A stretch of DNA of 64,000 bases, taken from Asterias rubens (taxonomy: Eukaryota). Positions 22,901 to 36,834 of this stretch are shown in pieces; position 1 is the first letter of the stretch; each line of letters opens with the position of its first letter. The position numbers were made by a program, and so were the translations under genes. The notes under the pieces were generated by a model. It ran no database searches. It saw only the letters and a list, made by a program, of their open reading frames with translations, and was not told where the DNA came from. The stretch spans positions 19,344,001 to 19,408,000 of the forward strand of contig NC_047066.1 in NCBI RefSeq assembly GCF_902459465.1. The letters run 5' to 3'.

Positions 22901-25900
22901 AAGCGGTACCGTCAAAGCCAACTTCCAGCATCACTATTCACCCAATCCAGTCAGAGTAGTCCAAGTCAGAGCCAGACTTCTGACTCTCAGAGCCAGTCAC
23001 CACAAGCATCTTCAAAGCATCGGTCACCACTCACCAAATCACCACAAACACCTTCCTTCACCCAGACGACCCTGAAACGGACACCTTTGACGCGGTCAAA
23101 GACACCAGGTAGTCTTGGGACATTTGTTAAACAGACCACACAGAGCAACAATCTTAGTGTTACTGTTAAGAGTGAGACAGTCGTGAATAGAAAACTTTTT
23201 TCGTCACATCAGGTTCAGAAGACGGTGGAAGAGGTTCAGAAAAAGGTGAATGAAAAAGCAGTCAAATTATCTTTGATCTTATCCTGTTTTTAAGTGCGAT
23301 GTACTGGAATGTGGTTGAAATCCATGCTCACTTTACCAGATTAATAATTTAATAGATGAATAATTATAATAATAACAGTAGCTAATTCTTATATAGCACA
23401 TTTCATAACTGAAAGAAATATCAATGCGCTTTACAATAAAAAAAGGCAAAGAGCAACATTTAACAAACAATAAACTAATATAATAGGCAAACGAAAGGAT
23501 AAACTTAACAAATGGGCAATAGAAAACAAATGGGATTTGAGCTGAGTTTTGAAAGCGGATGTAGCTGGAAAGAGAGTTCCAAAGTTTGGGGGCAGCACTG
23601 GAGAAAGTCCTTGAACCGAAAGATTTAGTTAGTACGGATGGTATGGTGAGGAGATGTCACACTTAACACCATATTTATGTTTTCTTCTTGCAGTACTCGC
23701 CAGCGTATTACTCTCGTGTTCCTTACTGGATTCAAGTCAAACCTCCTAAGTATCAGGTAAAATAGAAAGATTGTTGTCAATTCAATTGTTTGTGTCTATT
23801 GTTTTATATGCCCTATTTTTGTAATACTCCTTGTACATACGAAAAACAAGTTTCATGTTTTTTTTTATCAAAACAGTCAATAATTTGAATCTTGAATCCA
23901 AATATTTATCCCTCTCAAAAGTCAGTGGCTTAAAGGCAGTGGACACTATTGGTAATCACTCAAAATAATTATTAGCATAAAACATTTCTTGGTGACAAGT
24001 AATAGGGAGAGGTTGATGGTATAAAACATTGTGAGAAACGGCTCCCTCTGAAGTGACGTAGTTTTTCGAGAAAGAAGTAATTTTCCACGAATTTGATTTT
24101 GAGACCCTCAAGTTTAGAACTTGAGGTCTCGAAATCAACCATCTAAGTGCACACAACTTCGTGTGACAGTGGTGTTTTTTTCTTCCATTATTATCACGCA
24201 AGTTTCGATGACCGATTCAGCTCAAAGTTTCACAGGTTTGTTATTTTATGCATATGTTGAGATACACCAACTGTGAAGGCTAGTCTTTGACAATTACCAA
24301 TAGTGTCCACTGTCTTTAATGGTTTGACCCAAACAGAGTCTTTCTCAAAGGCTAAATGAAAGTGTAGTGTTGTCATTCATTTTTACAAAAAAAGACTCTG
24401 CTAGGGTCAAAACATCAAGCCACTAGCTTTTTTTTTATCCATTTATACCATAGGTCTGTAAGCAGTGTGCAACAGCTAATGCTTATTTCAAAGTATTTAT
24501 CCTCTGCTAACTTTGGTGTGATCTTTACAGGACCATGAAGAAATGACGATGCCTTTCCCGACCATGGTCTGCAATCTCATTGATGCATACTTGGAGGAAG
24601 GCCTATGGCTGAGAGCAGTGGAGAGCATCCACTCCTACTTGTCTGTCAAGAAATACCCTCCATCATCGTTACTACACGTCATCATGAGCAAGGTTTTAGA
24701 GGTAAGATGGAGATCCTCAAAAGACTTTCCAATTAAACTATGAAGGACATTTTATGTTATTGTATACAATTCAAATTTGGTTGAAACTGGTTGGAACGGG
24801 TCATGCAGGTTGAAACAGGTTTGATCTGGTTTCTGTATATTGTTTCACCTGTCTTTGCAATTTTTGGTTTTATCCTACCATCTTATCTTGTCGATCATAC
24901 ATTTAAATCCCTGCGTAATTTTTGACTGACACCCGTAATGTTCTGCAATATTTTGATATTAAGCTTAACATGTTAATAAGATCAAATGTTGTCCTTTGTG
25001 TTTCCATCCTCTTGCTTGTGGTCAAGCCAGTCCCTTCCCTTCACCCCCCCCCCTTTTGTCCCCCTATTCATTGTTTACCCCCTGCTTTTTTCTGTATGCT
25101 TTCTAACCCCATTCATGTATTTCCACTTCACTGCTTATGTTTCACTTAGTTATTACCTGTAACTGTTCATGTTTGTTGTGTTGTCATTTAGCCTTCGAGA
25201 AAGACTCTGCTAGGGTCGAAACGTCAGGCCATTAACTATTTTTTGCAAGATCAAATTCAGTGACACTTATGGCGCTTCAGCATTTAGTATGTTTCCTGCA
25301 AGGATATGCGGAGCTACAATTTTGAAGTAATAGACTTATTCCTTTACGTATCATCTAGTAATGGTTTACAAGGTGCTGTGGCACAATATGCAGCCAATCA
25401 AACCAGTATTTCTTGTGCTTGTGTGATAAATAACAGTATGTTTTTGTTTTCATTGACTTTTCTTAGTGGAAAGACGTTGCGTTCACATCCCAAGCCATCA
25501 ATCTATTGAAATCGGTTCTCTGCGTTCACCGACCGTCAACACCAGAGATGTCTCAGGTCTACCTTGATTCGTTTGTGCCGTCCGATAATGATATGTTTGG
25601 TCTGGAGAGTGATGATCCCATCAACACACCATGGGATTTTGTTGGTAGTGTCATCAGGTACCAGACATCAGAATGTATTTCTTTCTTTCTTTGTTTTTAT
25701 TTTCTTTTAAAACATTTCTAATGACATTCAGGGCTCAAATTTTAAGAACCTCCACTTTACTATAGGTCTTGTAACTTGGAACTTACACTGGACCAGAAAT
25801 GTGAAATGTAGCTAACAAGACTCAAAGGTTTTTGTACTTTTTATTTATTTGCCTAAACTTTGAGGAGGCAGTTTGAAACTAAAAAGTGAACATTTTTTTA

Positions 25901-28900
25901 TGTGTTTGGAAAACATTAGTATGCAGTATTTGTTTAGTTGTAGGGTTAGAACTTGTTGTAATTTATTTTGTTATTGCAAGTTTACCCCAACAAGCCTAAT
26001 GTAAGAAAAGTTTCAGGCACAAGCCTTTTTCTCATGCATCTTAAAGCTTACAATTTCATACAATATGGATGTTTTTATTTCTCTTCCATTTTCTTGCAAC
26101 TTTAACGATCAATTGAGCCCTAAATTTTTCCCAGGTTTGTGTATTTATGCAGCAATAAAGCTACTGGTCTTTGACAATTAGCAAAAGTATACCCTGTCAG
26201 TAATAATGGAAAAGCTGCCTTGCATTTAGAACACAGCATCAAGCCTTAAACACGGTCACAAGGACACCAACATATATATATATACTTGACGCTACTCAGG
26301 CCGAACTCGGCTCGAGACGTTGTGACCACGGGTTTGTCCAATGTTAGAAATTCATCTGTGCCATCCAGGCCGATCCTGGGCAGCTTGAACAGCTTGATCG
26401 TGTTGTAGGCCGATGGCGTTGAGATCGTCTATAAGCTGTGATATGTAGGTGCAGCAGAGGCTTCCACCCTGTCGAAAGGGTTCAGATGGCTGGTTTTGTG
26501 AGTTTAAGAAGGTAGCGAGAGGCACCTCAGGTCTCCGAAGAGCATGGCCGATCAAACGACACCAACATGAGTGGAATATGGTTCCCTCAATACTCGTCAA
26601 ATACTTTCACCTTACAGGAAGTCCTTACAGCTGCCTCTAGGAGATTCTGAAGAGGATATACAGGAGCAAGAGCAAGCTCAGAACTCTGTCTTAAGGAACA
26701 ATCATCAGATGTTGCTGAGCTATATCGTGGCTCTAGTAGAGCAGGACTTCCAGGTCTGGGTGCATCGGTGAGTGTTTTGGGCCTATATTATAAGCAATCA
26801 CATCAGTGTTGTGGATTCCCCCCTTTTCAAAGTTTGATATGATTTATTGTGGTTGTGAAGCCAAGGGCTCTCATAAAGTGAACTTAATCACTGCACTGGC
26901 CTCGAACCCAGTGGAGAGAAGACAGAGAAGGAAGATTCAGTTTTAGATGTGGCATGAAAACCCTAGAGAAATTTTCCAGGGAAGACATACACAGTTAGGT
27001 AGAGGCTGGAACAAGGGCAAATTAACAAAACCTTTGTAGTTTATTTGAAAGTTAATTTTCATCCTCCACAAAATGAGCCAAAGATGGTGACACTGTCCCT
27101 TTCCCAATGTCCACAGTTCTGTCTACGAACATGCCGGTGTGGCAGGAGATTTTGTGCGCCCCCCCCCCCCCCCCCCCCCGCAAACTGTGTACATGTACCT
27201 CCTTCTGATAACGTCCTCTTTGAGTCGTCCTCCCTCAGCGCATGTTAAAGCCATTATACACTTTCGGAACAGAACAAAAATAAGAGTTCACAGATTTACA
27301 AATAACTAACAGGGTTTACAGAAGGTAATGGTGAAAGACTTCTCTTGAAATATTATTCCATGAAATGCTTTACTTTTTTGAGAAAACATTAAAACAATTA
27401 TCAATTCTCGATAGCGAGAATTACGGATTTATTTTAAACACATGTCATGACATGGCTAAACGTGCGGAAACAAGGGTGGGTTTTCCCGTTATTTTCTCCC
27501 GACTCCCATACAGGTTTGTTATTTTATATATAAGTTGTGATACACAAAGTGTGGGCCTTTGAACAATACTGTTTACCAAAAGTGTCCAATGGCTTTAATT
27601 ATCGATGTGGGGGACAGAATCTCCCAGGGACAGACTTTCCTATGACACAGGCTGTATTTATTGTTGGAACACTCCTTATTGAATGCTCCAATACTAAATC
27701 ATGCTTTTGATGGGAGCATCATTCATTCTTGTTTGGAACTGGGTGGAGACAAACATTAATTTGTTGAAACCTTAGTCCAATTTTCTTTCTTTCTCTTTGT
27801 TTGAACCTGCCTAATGTACAGCCAAGGAAATGCAACCACCAAGGAGCAGAAGTCATGTCACTGTATGCTGTCCAGTATTCTATGGCCAGATGGTAATGTC
27901 AAAGCATCGGGTCCATTTGCCTCTCAGCTGGTTAGCTTCATGCTTCAGGCTGTGGCGGCCATTGGCAGTGCATCACACATGGTGAGAAACTCAATCCTAC
28001 ACAATACTATAATTTGCTTTTTACCCTTAAGGTCGAGTCACACTCGAAAACAATAACGATGCAAAGAGAATGCATTCTATTGGTTGAATTGCTCCACGCG
28101 GCATACGCCCACGCTTACTCAACCAATCAAGGGTGTGCACTTGTATCGCTCTTTTTTTCGTTTTCGTAATTGGGGCCTGTGTGACCTTTACACTGTCAGC
28201 ACTGTGTACTCGGTACTTTCCAAAGTACTTTCCCATAGGAAAATCACTCGGGTGAGATTTGAACCCACAACATTTGTATTGCTGGAGCAATGTCTTACCA
28301 CTAAATCACTGAACTAGCCCGATGGATAGATGCAGTTTAAATCCTTAGCAGCGGTTACCGCAATGATGTAATACCACACTGTCTTTCTTTTTTCCTACTG
28401 TTGTATGAACAAATTTGTAAATTTCCCTGACTATGGAGAAATTTTCCTAAGTTCCTGATTGTTGTACGGATCCTTCAAAAATATTAAAAAGTATGACAGT
28501 TGAACCAATACATCGGAATAGTTCTCATCATACTTCAGAAGTAGCTCCAAATACCTTGCAGGAAAAAAAGAAAAATACTGAGCACTTTGATATGCCCCTA
28601 GGGGTATGTTAAAGCACTGTATAAGAACTCAGTATTGTTATTACTATTATTAAGATGTCATTATTTTTTGTGTAGTACCCGTGTCTGAGGATGATCATAA
28701 GTTTAGTGGAAATGGCGGCGGAGACCTGCAGAGTTATCACAGGAGACAGTAGCATTTTGGGACATGCTGAGACGGGAGTACATCTGGACTTTGCTGCCGA
28801 GATCGCTTCGATGCTATCACAAGGTTAGTTTGGTCAGTGGGACTCGAGCCAGTCAGACTCGGAAAGCACTGCGAATGGCAAACAGTTGTTCCTGGTTAAC

Positions 28901-31900
28901 CTGAAGGTTTTTAACAAGTTTTTTAAGGTCATCTTGGGTTCAACCGAGGAAAGATACCACTACGCCAACTCGACCATCTTAACTGCTAAGGATCTTAGCT
29001 GCTGTTGTGAGGCAATGTTTTTTCAAAAGCAAAACCACATTTGGTTTTCTTCCCATAAATATTTGTATTATTATTTATAAATTGTCCTATATTGTTTTAT
29101 AGAGGGCCTGATGGAGAATATGGAATCTCTTAACGTTCTTTTGTCCCTCCTGCGACCTGATTGGTTGAAACTGAAAGTGGTAGAGAGTTTACTGTGTGCC
29201 TATGATGACAGCCTCGTGAGAGAGGAGTTCAGATATCTGGTAGCTCAGCCTCTATCGCTCAAAAAAGTGGTATGTTTAGTTTTTGTTAATTTCCAACATC
29301 TGTCAGAAGTTACACAGCAAAATCAATATTTCACTTATTAAAAAGTCTCTTACTACTGTCCATTTTGTGCATTACGCTCTAGCAGCCAGGCTCCTAGTGG
29401 ATGAAAACCATGCCTACAAAGCAGGACAGTTCTTTTCAGAACTGAGAAGTCTCCCGAACCCCCGAACATCTACTCCGCGGTAGTAGAATAAAGCAAGACA
29501 GTTCTCTAAGAACAAACTCTACCTGGCAAGTAGATACACACATGGTGTTACTGCAAACCAAATATACATTCATGCCTACATCCTTATGGACTTGCTAACC
29601 TTGTTTCAGCTTCAGAAGTAGGTGGCAAGATATCCCTGGTGACATTTGATCTGGGTTGACAGCCCTTATCAGTTTAAAGGGTAGCCCTTAGACTGATAAA
29701 GGACCAAAGTATAAGACTTGCTAATGTTGTGGAATTTGTTTAAAGGCAGTGGACACTATTGGTAATTGTCAAAGACTAGCCTTCACAATTGGTGTATCTC
29801 AACATATGCATAAAATAATGAACCTGTGAAAATTTTAGCTCAATCGGTTATAGAACTTGGGAGATATGAATAAAGAAGAAAAAAACGGCCTTGTCACACG
29901 AAGGTGTGTGCGTTTAGATGGTTGATTTTGAGACGTCAAGTTCTAAATCTGAGGTCTCGAAATCAAATTTGTTGAAAATTACTTCTTTCTCGAAAACTAT
30001 GGCACTTCAGAGGGTGCCGTTTCTTACAATGTTTTATACCATCAACCTCTCCCTATTACTCGTCACCAAGAAAGGTTTTATGCTAATAATTATTTTGAGT
30101 AATTACCAATAGTGTCCACTGCCTTTTAACCTGTGTCCATCCCAGCTCTTTGTTTTCAAAGTTATTGAGAAAAGTTTCTCCTCCCTCTTCCCACCTTCGA
30201 TTTTAGTATTTTTGTGTTTCCAACCCCCTGTGGTTAAACCAGTCTCCTTGCCTCTACCCCCTATGTATCTTACCCCTTGTCTTTTAGTGTTCATCCCTTG
30301 CCTATTCTGTGTGATTTCTTGCTCTCTTTTTATGTCTTCCACTGCTTCTGGTACACCAGTATACCTGTTTAAAGGGTCTATGTACTTTTTATAGGACAAA
30401 AAACACAATGTTCACAGATTTACACTAAACTTACACAGTTTGAAGATAATGATAGTAGAAAGCATACGTTAAAATATGACTTGCTGAGGTACTGTAGCTT
30501 TTGAGAAAGGAGTCAAAAAACGTCATGAAAATAATTTTCATGACATTGTTTTACTCATTTCTCAAAAACTGCAGCATCTCAGCAACTAATATTTTAACGT
30601 ATGCTTTCTACTATCATTATCTTCAAACGGTGTAAGTTTAATGTAAATCTGTGGACATTGTGTTTTGTGTTACAAAAGTACCCACATCCTTTAAGTGTGT
30701 AATGTTGTCATGTTGTCATTAAATTAGTATTCGTAAAAGACTCTGCTAGGAAGGAAAGAGGCCGATAACTATTTTTTTTTCAGAAAGGTAATTGTGATTT
30801 GTTTTTGTTCATGGTGTTTTTTCCCCACAGGTGAACTATTACTTTTATCTGCTACCTCTGATGACGACAGCTTCCCTGCATCCTAAGACACCTGAAAAGC
30901 CAAGCCAAGCAGTTATAACTAAGTCCAGGAAAAGACCACATCAAGATACGGTCCAAGCTGGACCCCTCAAGACTCTGGCGTAAGTATCAACTGCTGCAAT
31001 TGTTATTATGTATAGACTTTGAGTCTGATAATTGCAACAAACTACAACAACTCTTACCAATCAAGGTATTCGTAAGATAAGAAAAAAACTTCCCACACTT
31101 GGGAAATTAAAACTGGTCTTGATTTGAATAGTACAAAGTGAGAAAAAGATAGAAGCAGTCAAAGTAAGACACAAGTTTGGTACGTTGTGTTGTATTTGCC
31201 AGGGTTATGGTTGTAGTAGACTTCATCATGACCTCAGTTTGGTGACATGTTTTATTGAAAAGAAAAACTTGTGTAACTTTTAGGCAGATTATGATTTTGA
31301 AATTTTGACAAAATGTCTTTTTTTAACAATACCTTTTGCTTCCTGTTTGTGTTGTCAGTGTAAAAAACAACATCAGAAACTTACAAACACTCAAAGACCG
31401 TCCCAACATCAAAGCTCCAAAGATGAAAATCAACAAAGTCAACCGCAGAAATATGAGAGGTATGTTTTCACCCTATTTTCATCCCTTCACATGTTTAAAC
31501 AACAGTCTGAAGATACTGGTTAAGTTGTAAAATTTACAGGCCATTTTTTGAAAGCTTGATTAAAAAAAATTCTCTGAGTATCACCACAAAAACTTTGAAT
31601 TACTTGTGCCATTGAACTTATTGGCTGAGCAGATAATTTCTTGGGGTGGTCAGCTGCCTTACTGATCTGTGCAAGATCCACTTAATTTCTTTCACTGTTT
31701 GGAAAAGGAATTACATGGAGATACCAGGTGTTAGTTGTCAGATGAAAAGGATGTTTAAGTGGAGCTTTCCCATAGTGTATCAATAAATATTTAATATTGT
31801 GTTTTATGTTGTATTGACAGGCGAGACACCTTTACATTTAGCCTGTATAAAAAACAATGTAGCAAAGGTACGAGAGTTGCTATCAAATCCTGCCATCGAG

Positions 31901-34609
31901 ATTAACCAAGTGGACTTCGCTGGCTGGACTGCACTTCATGAAGCTTCAAATCACGGCCATGTAGACTGCGTCAAGGAGTTATTGAAATATAAACCAAAGG
32001 CCACGATTGCATCTTATTTCAGTCCAGGTAAAATATTATTAACATGTCATTGAAACGTTTGTAATAAAATTTCAATCTATTAAATGGTTGCGGCACCCGC
32101 TGCTAAATTATAAGATTCAAATATCTTCCAGGCTATCTTAATAGTCTAGTTAGTAAAACGAAATCAAGCATCTGAAAGCACACAACTTCGTGTGACAAGG
32201 GTGTTTTTTTCTTTCATTATTATCTCGCAACTTCGACGACCGATTGAGCTCAAATTTTCACTGGTTTGTTATTTTATGCATATGTTGAGATACACCAAGT
32301 GAGAAGACTTGTCTTTTACAATTACCAATAGTGTCCACTGCCTTTAAAAGCATTTCCATCTGAGAAAGATTTCTGCATTCTTCCTGCGAGGACTTAATCA
32401 CTCCAGTATTTGGTCGGTACCTCAATTACTCTTTGAAATTTTCACAAGTTTTACTGTATATACATTTTTTTAGGATTAAAACAATTAAATGGATTTAAAT
32501 TATTTTGAGTTAGGTAAAGACAAGAAATCTGCGAATGGGTTAAATCTTCTGGCAGCCCCTGCTGAATGTGGAACTACTCCATTGCATGACACCGTCAACA
32601 ACCGCCATGTAGAAGTAGCAAGACTGCTTGTCAAAGCTGGAGGTAATACATTCTTTTTAACATGCTTTTAAAATTGAAGTCTTACTGATGCAGGCATGGG
32701 TTTCTCTCAGGGAGACAATTAACTTTTGAGTGTTGTACATGGCCGCAAAGAGCATACAACAAGCTTCATATTCACATTACTTTAACACTTGTGTCATTTT
32801 TATGCTCCTAAAGTCTGGACCTTTTGGAAAATAATTATGTCATAATCTGAAAATGACTCGTAAGGGACAAACAGCCAATTTGGTAAAAACCATACATTGT
32901 AAAGGAAACAAAGTACACAAATGAAACAAAAGGGTCAGAAAGTTCTGTTTTTGTTAATTTGTATCGATCACAAACAGTTTCTATTTGAGAAATGTGAAAA
33001 TAAAGACTCTTAAGAAGCAAGAAACCGATATCACGAAAAGTAATTTCACCTTTTTTGTTAACCCTCCCAACACTCTACTTGAAAATTGGCTGTGGGACAA
33101 TCAACGCATTTTCATAAACACTGTCACATATTTGGTTTCTAAATCAACTTGTTTATCATTCACAGGTAAAGCTGTTTTGATGGCACGTAACAAGGCAGGT
33201 TTCACTCCTCTAGACTTGACCGCTGATAATGCCATGAGGCGTGCTCTGGTGTTGAGCACTGATACAAAATCTGAACCATCGAAGCCTGGTAAAGACCACA
33301 ATAAAGAAAATGTAATGGGTAAGGGTAATATCTCATAATGCACACATTGGAGGTTAGGCCAAACAAGCGAACAGTGGATTTTGGGTGATTATTTCTTTTG
33401 CGCGTTTAGTTATTCAGGCAAACAACTCTTCCGCGTTTCCGCGGAATGCCGCGTTTTAAAATAATATATTTTAAAATAAAAAATTTAAAAACCTAGTATA
33501 TGCCTGGCAACAACAATGTACAACTACAATAATGTAAAATAAGCCTAGTACATGCTAACAATGCACCTTAGAGCATAATAAACCTCAAAATTTTCTAATG
33601 TACCATTGTGGGTCTCATGTCCCGTGGCGTTTCGGCTGCCTCGCTCTGCACTTGCGTTGTGCCTTCAAAAATGTTCCTCTTTTCTTTCAACGGGCAGTTG
33701 CATGCCTGGTTATTACACCTTGATTTTGGTGTTGAACCAGCCACCTTAGGATTAGCGTGACGATGCTCTACCAACTGAGCTTTCTAGCTCCTTTGTGGCA
33801 GTCTCCCTATTTTGCGTATATTCTTGTTCGGGGTGCAAGTCAGAAGCTATTCATTCCTTTACCATTTTAGGATACAACCTTGGAAGCAACCAGGGTATCA
33901 CCTTAAGGGCATGTGTCTTTTTATTTCAAATATTAAAGTATAAACCAAATAGGAATCTTTGTTTGATCAACCCGGAAATCATTTATCCAGTCACTTTCTC
34001 ATGTGGTTCATTAAAACATTCTAAGCGAACCCATTTCTTATATTTCCGCCAGAATCTGACTCCCAGGAAGTTCCCCAGAGTTCAACTCCTTCACCTCCTT
34101 CCAGACAGTTGCGGGACATCGGCATCCCATCCGAAGAAGAGTACACCTGTGTGCTGGGTTCCTCAAACGGCCCCAAGGTGTACATACCAGCCGAGAGGTG
34201 TGAGCAGCTATGCCTCCTGGTCTGCCATCTCCTGCGGTCTTGCCTGAGAGTTCATAAACTAGTACCCATCAAAGCTGATCTAGACAGTCAGCATGGATCG
34301 GTTATCGGTTTTGACTTGAACCTCAATGAAACATCAGATGCGGGTAGTTGCAAAGCGAACTCACAGACATCAGTAGGCTATGAGATGATGACGTCCGTGT
34401 CCAACGAGGGCGCTTTTCAGCAGAGCTCTTTGAGGTTTAGTGGGTCTCGCCTTCTTGATGACTTGACCGAGATGTGCCGACTGGATAGTCATATTGATGG
34501 TTTTGTTCATCACATCGGTCGAATCGGTCCGTGGGTTGGATCGCAACGCAGTAAAATATGTGATAAGGTTGTTTGTGAACTGAAAGCAGTCGTACTCACT
34601 TGTTTGTAA
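19946..34609 (+). CDS. SLF1: SMC5-SMC6 complex localization factor 1 (tandem BRCT + ankyrin repeats), 19 exons, ~1183 aa
   Basis: Exons 19946-20095, 20323-20401, 20799-21048, 21593-21776, 22217-22337, 22824-23245, 23694-23756, 24531-24701, 25467-25657, 26618-26767, 27822-27981, 28676-28823, 29103-29269, 30831-30979, 31359-31459, 31821-32027, 32514-32642, 33166-33318, 34053-34609(TAA); total 3552 nt, in frame. BRCT motifs CTHVVCIRPMRSEKFLCGCASGRW and APKRWREHL; ankyrin motifs GETPLHLACIKNN, GWTALHEASNHGH, GTTPLHDTVNNRH. Confidence 0.93.
23934..24315. mobile_element. MITE family A, full length, opposite orientation
   Basis: Both TIRs and TTAA flanks present; interior is the reverse complement of 1286-1663. 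Confidence 0.88.
26272..26575 (-). mobile_element. RTE-clade LINE 3' fragment
   Basis: RLIGHALRRPE...QLIDDL...AQDRPGWHR resembles the RTE C-terminus; short (TA)n tail. Confidence 0.6.
27249..27594. mobile_element. TTAA-flanked MITE, second family
   Basis: Imperfect TIRs AGCCATTATACACTTTCGG / CCAAAAGTGTCCAATGGCT with TTAA flanks. Confidence 0.75.
28195..28330 (-). mobile_element. tRNA-headed SINE fragment
   Basis: Reverse B-box ATTTGAACCC; matches 9425-9555 (CACTGT.TACTCGGTACTTT...AAATCACTCGGGTG). Confidence 0.6.
29744..30125. mobile_element. MITE family A, full length
   Basis: Both TIRs, TTAA flanks. Confidence 0.88.
30373..30690. mobile_element. TTAA-flanked MITE, third family, long TIRs
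   Basis: About 90-bp imperfect inverted arms (CACAATGTTCACAGATTTACACTAAACTTACAC / GTGTAAGTTTAATGTAAATCTGTGGACATTGTG), TTAA flanks. Confidence 0.75.
32168..32343. mobile_element. MITE family A, half element
   Basis: Ends ...TTACCAATAGTGTCCACTGCCT-TTAA. Confidence 0.8.
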
Positions 34610-35233
34610 ATTATTCGTTCAAAGACGGACCATGGCTAAATTAGGTATTCAGCTTATTGCTCAGGAAATGTAATTGTTAAGATGATCGATAGTGGGACAC
34701 AAATCGCCACAATGAAATCAGCACTGTACCATGATATGCCGTCCCTATTGAAATTGACTGTCGGTAGTATTAACTGGGACCAGGGCACCATTTCATGTAA
34801 AGCTTGCTTGGCAGAAAAAAACACTGCAGCTGATGATAATGTATACAATTTTGAGAAATAATTCCCTTCATTCAAAGGAGTGTGGTTTATTCACAAAAAA
34901 AATCAATCTACCTTTCTCAGATTGTGTATTCCAACAAGGATTATTCTTCCATAACCAATCAAACTTTTCATCTCAAAAAACGGAACCACCTTTTGAAATG
35001 AAGTTTTCACAACTTTAGTTTTATTGTATATATAGATAGGTTTAAAACAGCCAAACAGTTCCAAAAACCAAAGGATTACTTTGCTTTTTAATCCTTGTGT
35101 ATAAACATTTTGTAAGTAGACTTTTCGGTACAGTCATTGCCATATGTTATGGTTGACTAACTTGGATGATTTCTGTGTATAATGTGTAAATATTTATTTT
35201 GTACTAAAAACTGCTGTAAAGAACTTACCTTAA

Positions 35234-35795
35234 AGGCAGTGGACACTATTGGTATTTACTCAAAATAATTATTATCATAAAAACTTTCTTGATTACGAGT
35301 AATGGGGAGAGGTTGGTAGTATAAAACATTTGTGTGAGAAACAGCTCCCTCTGAAGTGACGTTAGTTTTCGAGAAAGAAATAATTTGTCACGATTTTGAT
35401 TTCGAGACCTCAGATTAGAATTTGATTATAGTGTACATCATTGAAGTGAAGGTACATGATAACAAATATATTAGCAAACCAGAGGAGTAATTACACTAAC
35501 AATTTAAAGACACTGGACACTATTGGTAATTGTCAAAGACCAGTCTTCTCATTTGGTGTATCTCAACATATGCATAAAATAACAAACCTGTGAAAAGTCT
35601 AACTCAATTGGTCGTCGAAGTTGGGAGATAATAATGAAAGAAAAAACACCCTTGTCACAAGTTGTGTGCTTTCGGATGCTTGATTTCAAGACCTCCAAAT
35701 CTAATTCTGGATCTCGAAACCAAATTTGTTTAAAATTACTTCTTTCTTGAAAACTATGTTACTTCAGAGGGAGCCATTTCTCAAACTGTTTTATA
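35234..35795. mobile_element. Two partial MITE family A copies in opposite orientation (35234-35422, 35508-35795)
   Basis: Each begins TTAA-AG(G/A)CA(G/C)TGGACACTATTGGTA. Further fragments at 41888-41946 and, degenerate, 50386-50570. Confidence 0.8.
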
Positions 35796-36834
35796 CTATA
35801 GCAAATGCTTTTGTTCCTGTACCTACAGAGAGACACAACACAGCATCACACCAAAGACTAAGAACACTGACTAACATATTATTGGCCAAAACATCATCTA
35901 GAAATATGCCATAATTGTTATTCAAACAGACTTCAAAATAATCGTTTTATAAATTGCCAAAGCATTTAATAATGACACATCCACCTGTTATGGTTGACTA
36001 AACATGTGTTTTTGTATAATGTATAAATATATATTTTATATCCAAATGTTTTTGGGTAATGATTTGAAACATTTATAGCCAATGGAAATGCAGGAGGTTC
36101 GCAAACAGTCTTAAAAAATATATGATATGTCAATAATGACATGGCACCTATTGGTTGACATTTGCTAAGAGTAAGAAATGAAATACAACCCTTGGAAAGG
36201 CATGACGAATTTAATCAGAATATTGGTCAACAGACTTCAAAAACCGACATTCGGTGATCGACTCGCTTCATTCCGAAGTTCTACAATTTTGGAAAAAGAT
36301 TTGATTTTTAATCCCCAACAATTTTAATCTGAAAGCAATGTTTCTCAGATTGTGTATTTCAGTTGTCAGGTTGTAGATTATTCTTCCTGCGTGAACAACC
36401 AATGTTCGACAATTCCTCAAAAATGCAATTTGTACAACAAATAATTCCAAGTAAATGTGAAATTAGTATTTCAACGTTCTGTGCTTGCATTATACATTCC
36501 AGTAAGGCCCTTTTTTATGAATACATTTTCTAGGTAAAAATTTGTATTAAAAAAAGAAACTTTTATTTATTAAGTCTTTTTGTTTGTTGAGTTGGTGCTG
36601 CGCTTATGTAGGCTACACAAGAGTAGTTGTGGGTAGGCCTATATATTATAATTAAGTTAACTATGGTGTCCATATCACCACTATTGCTGCCCCTCCCCGA
36701 AACAGGGGGCATAAAATAATGTCTGGTGAGATAAAATAATTTGCTAAAATAATTCAAGCTGGTGCGCCCTCAAGAGGTCTGAACACGGAAGCTTAACTAA
36801 TAAGGCGGCGCCCGCGTGTAAATTCGGTGAGCAC

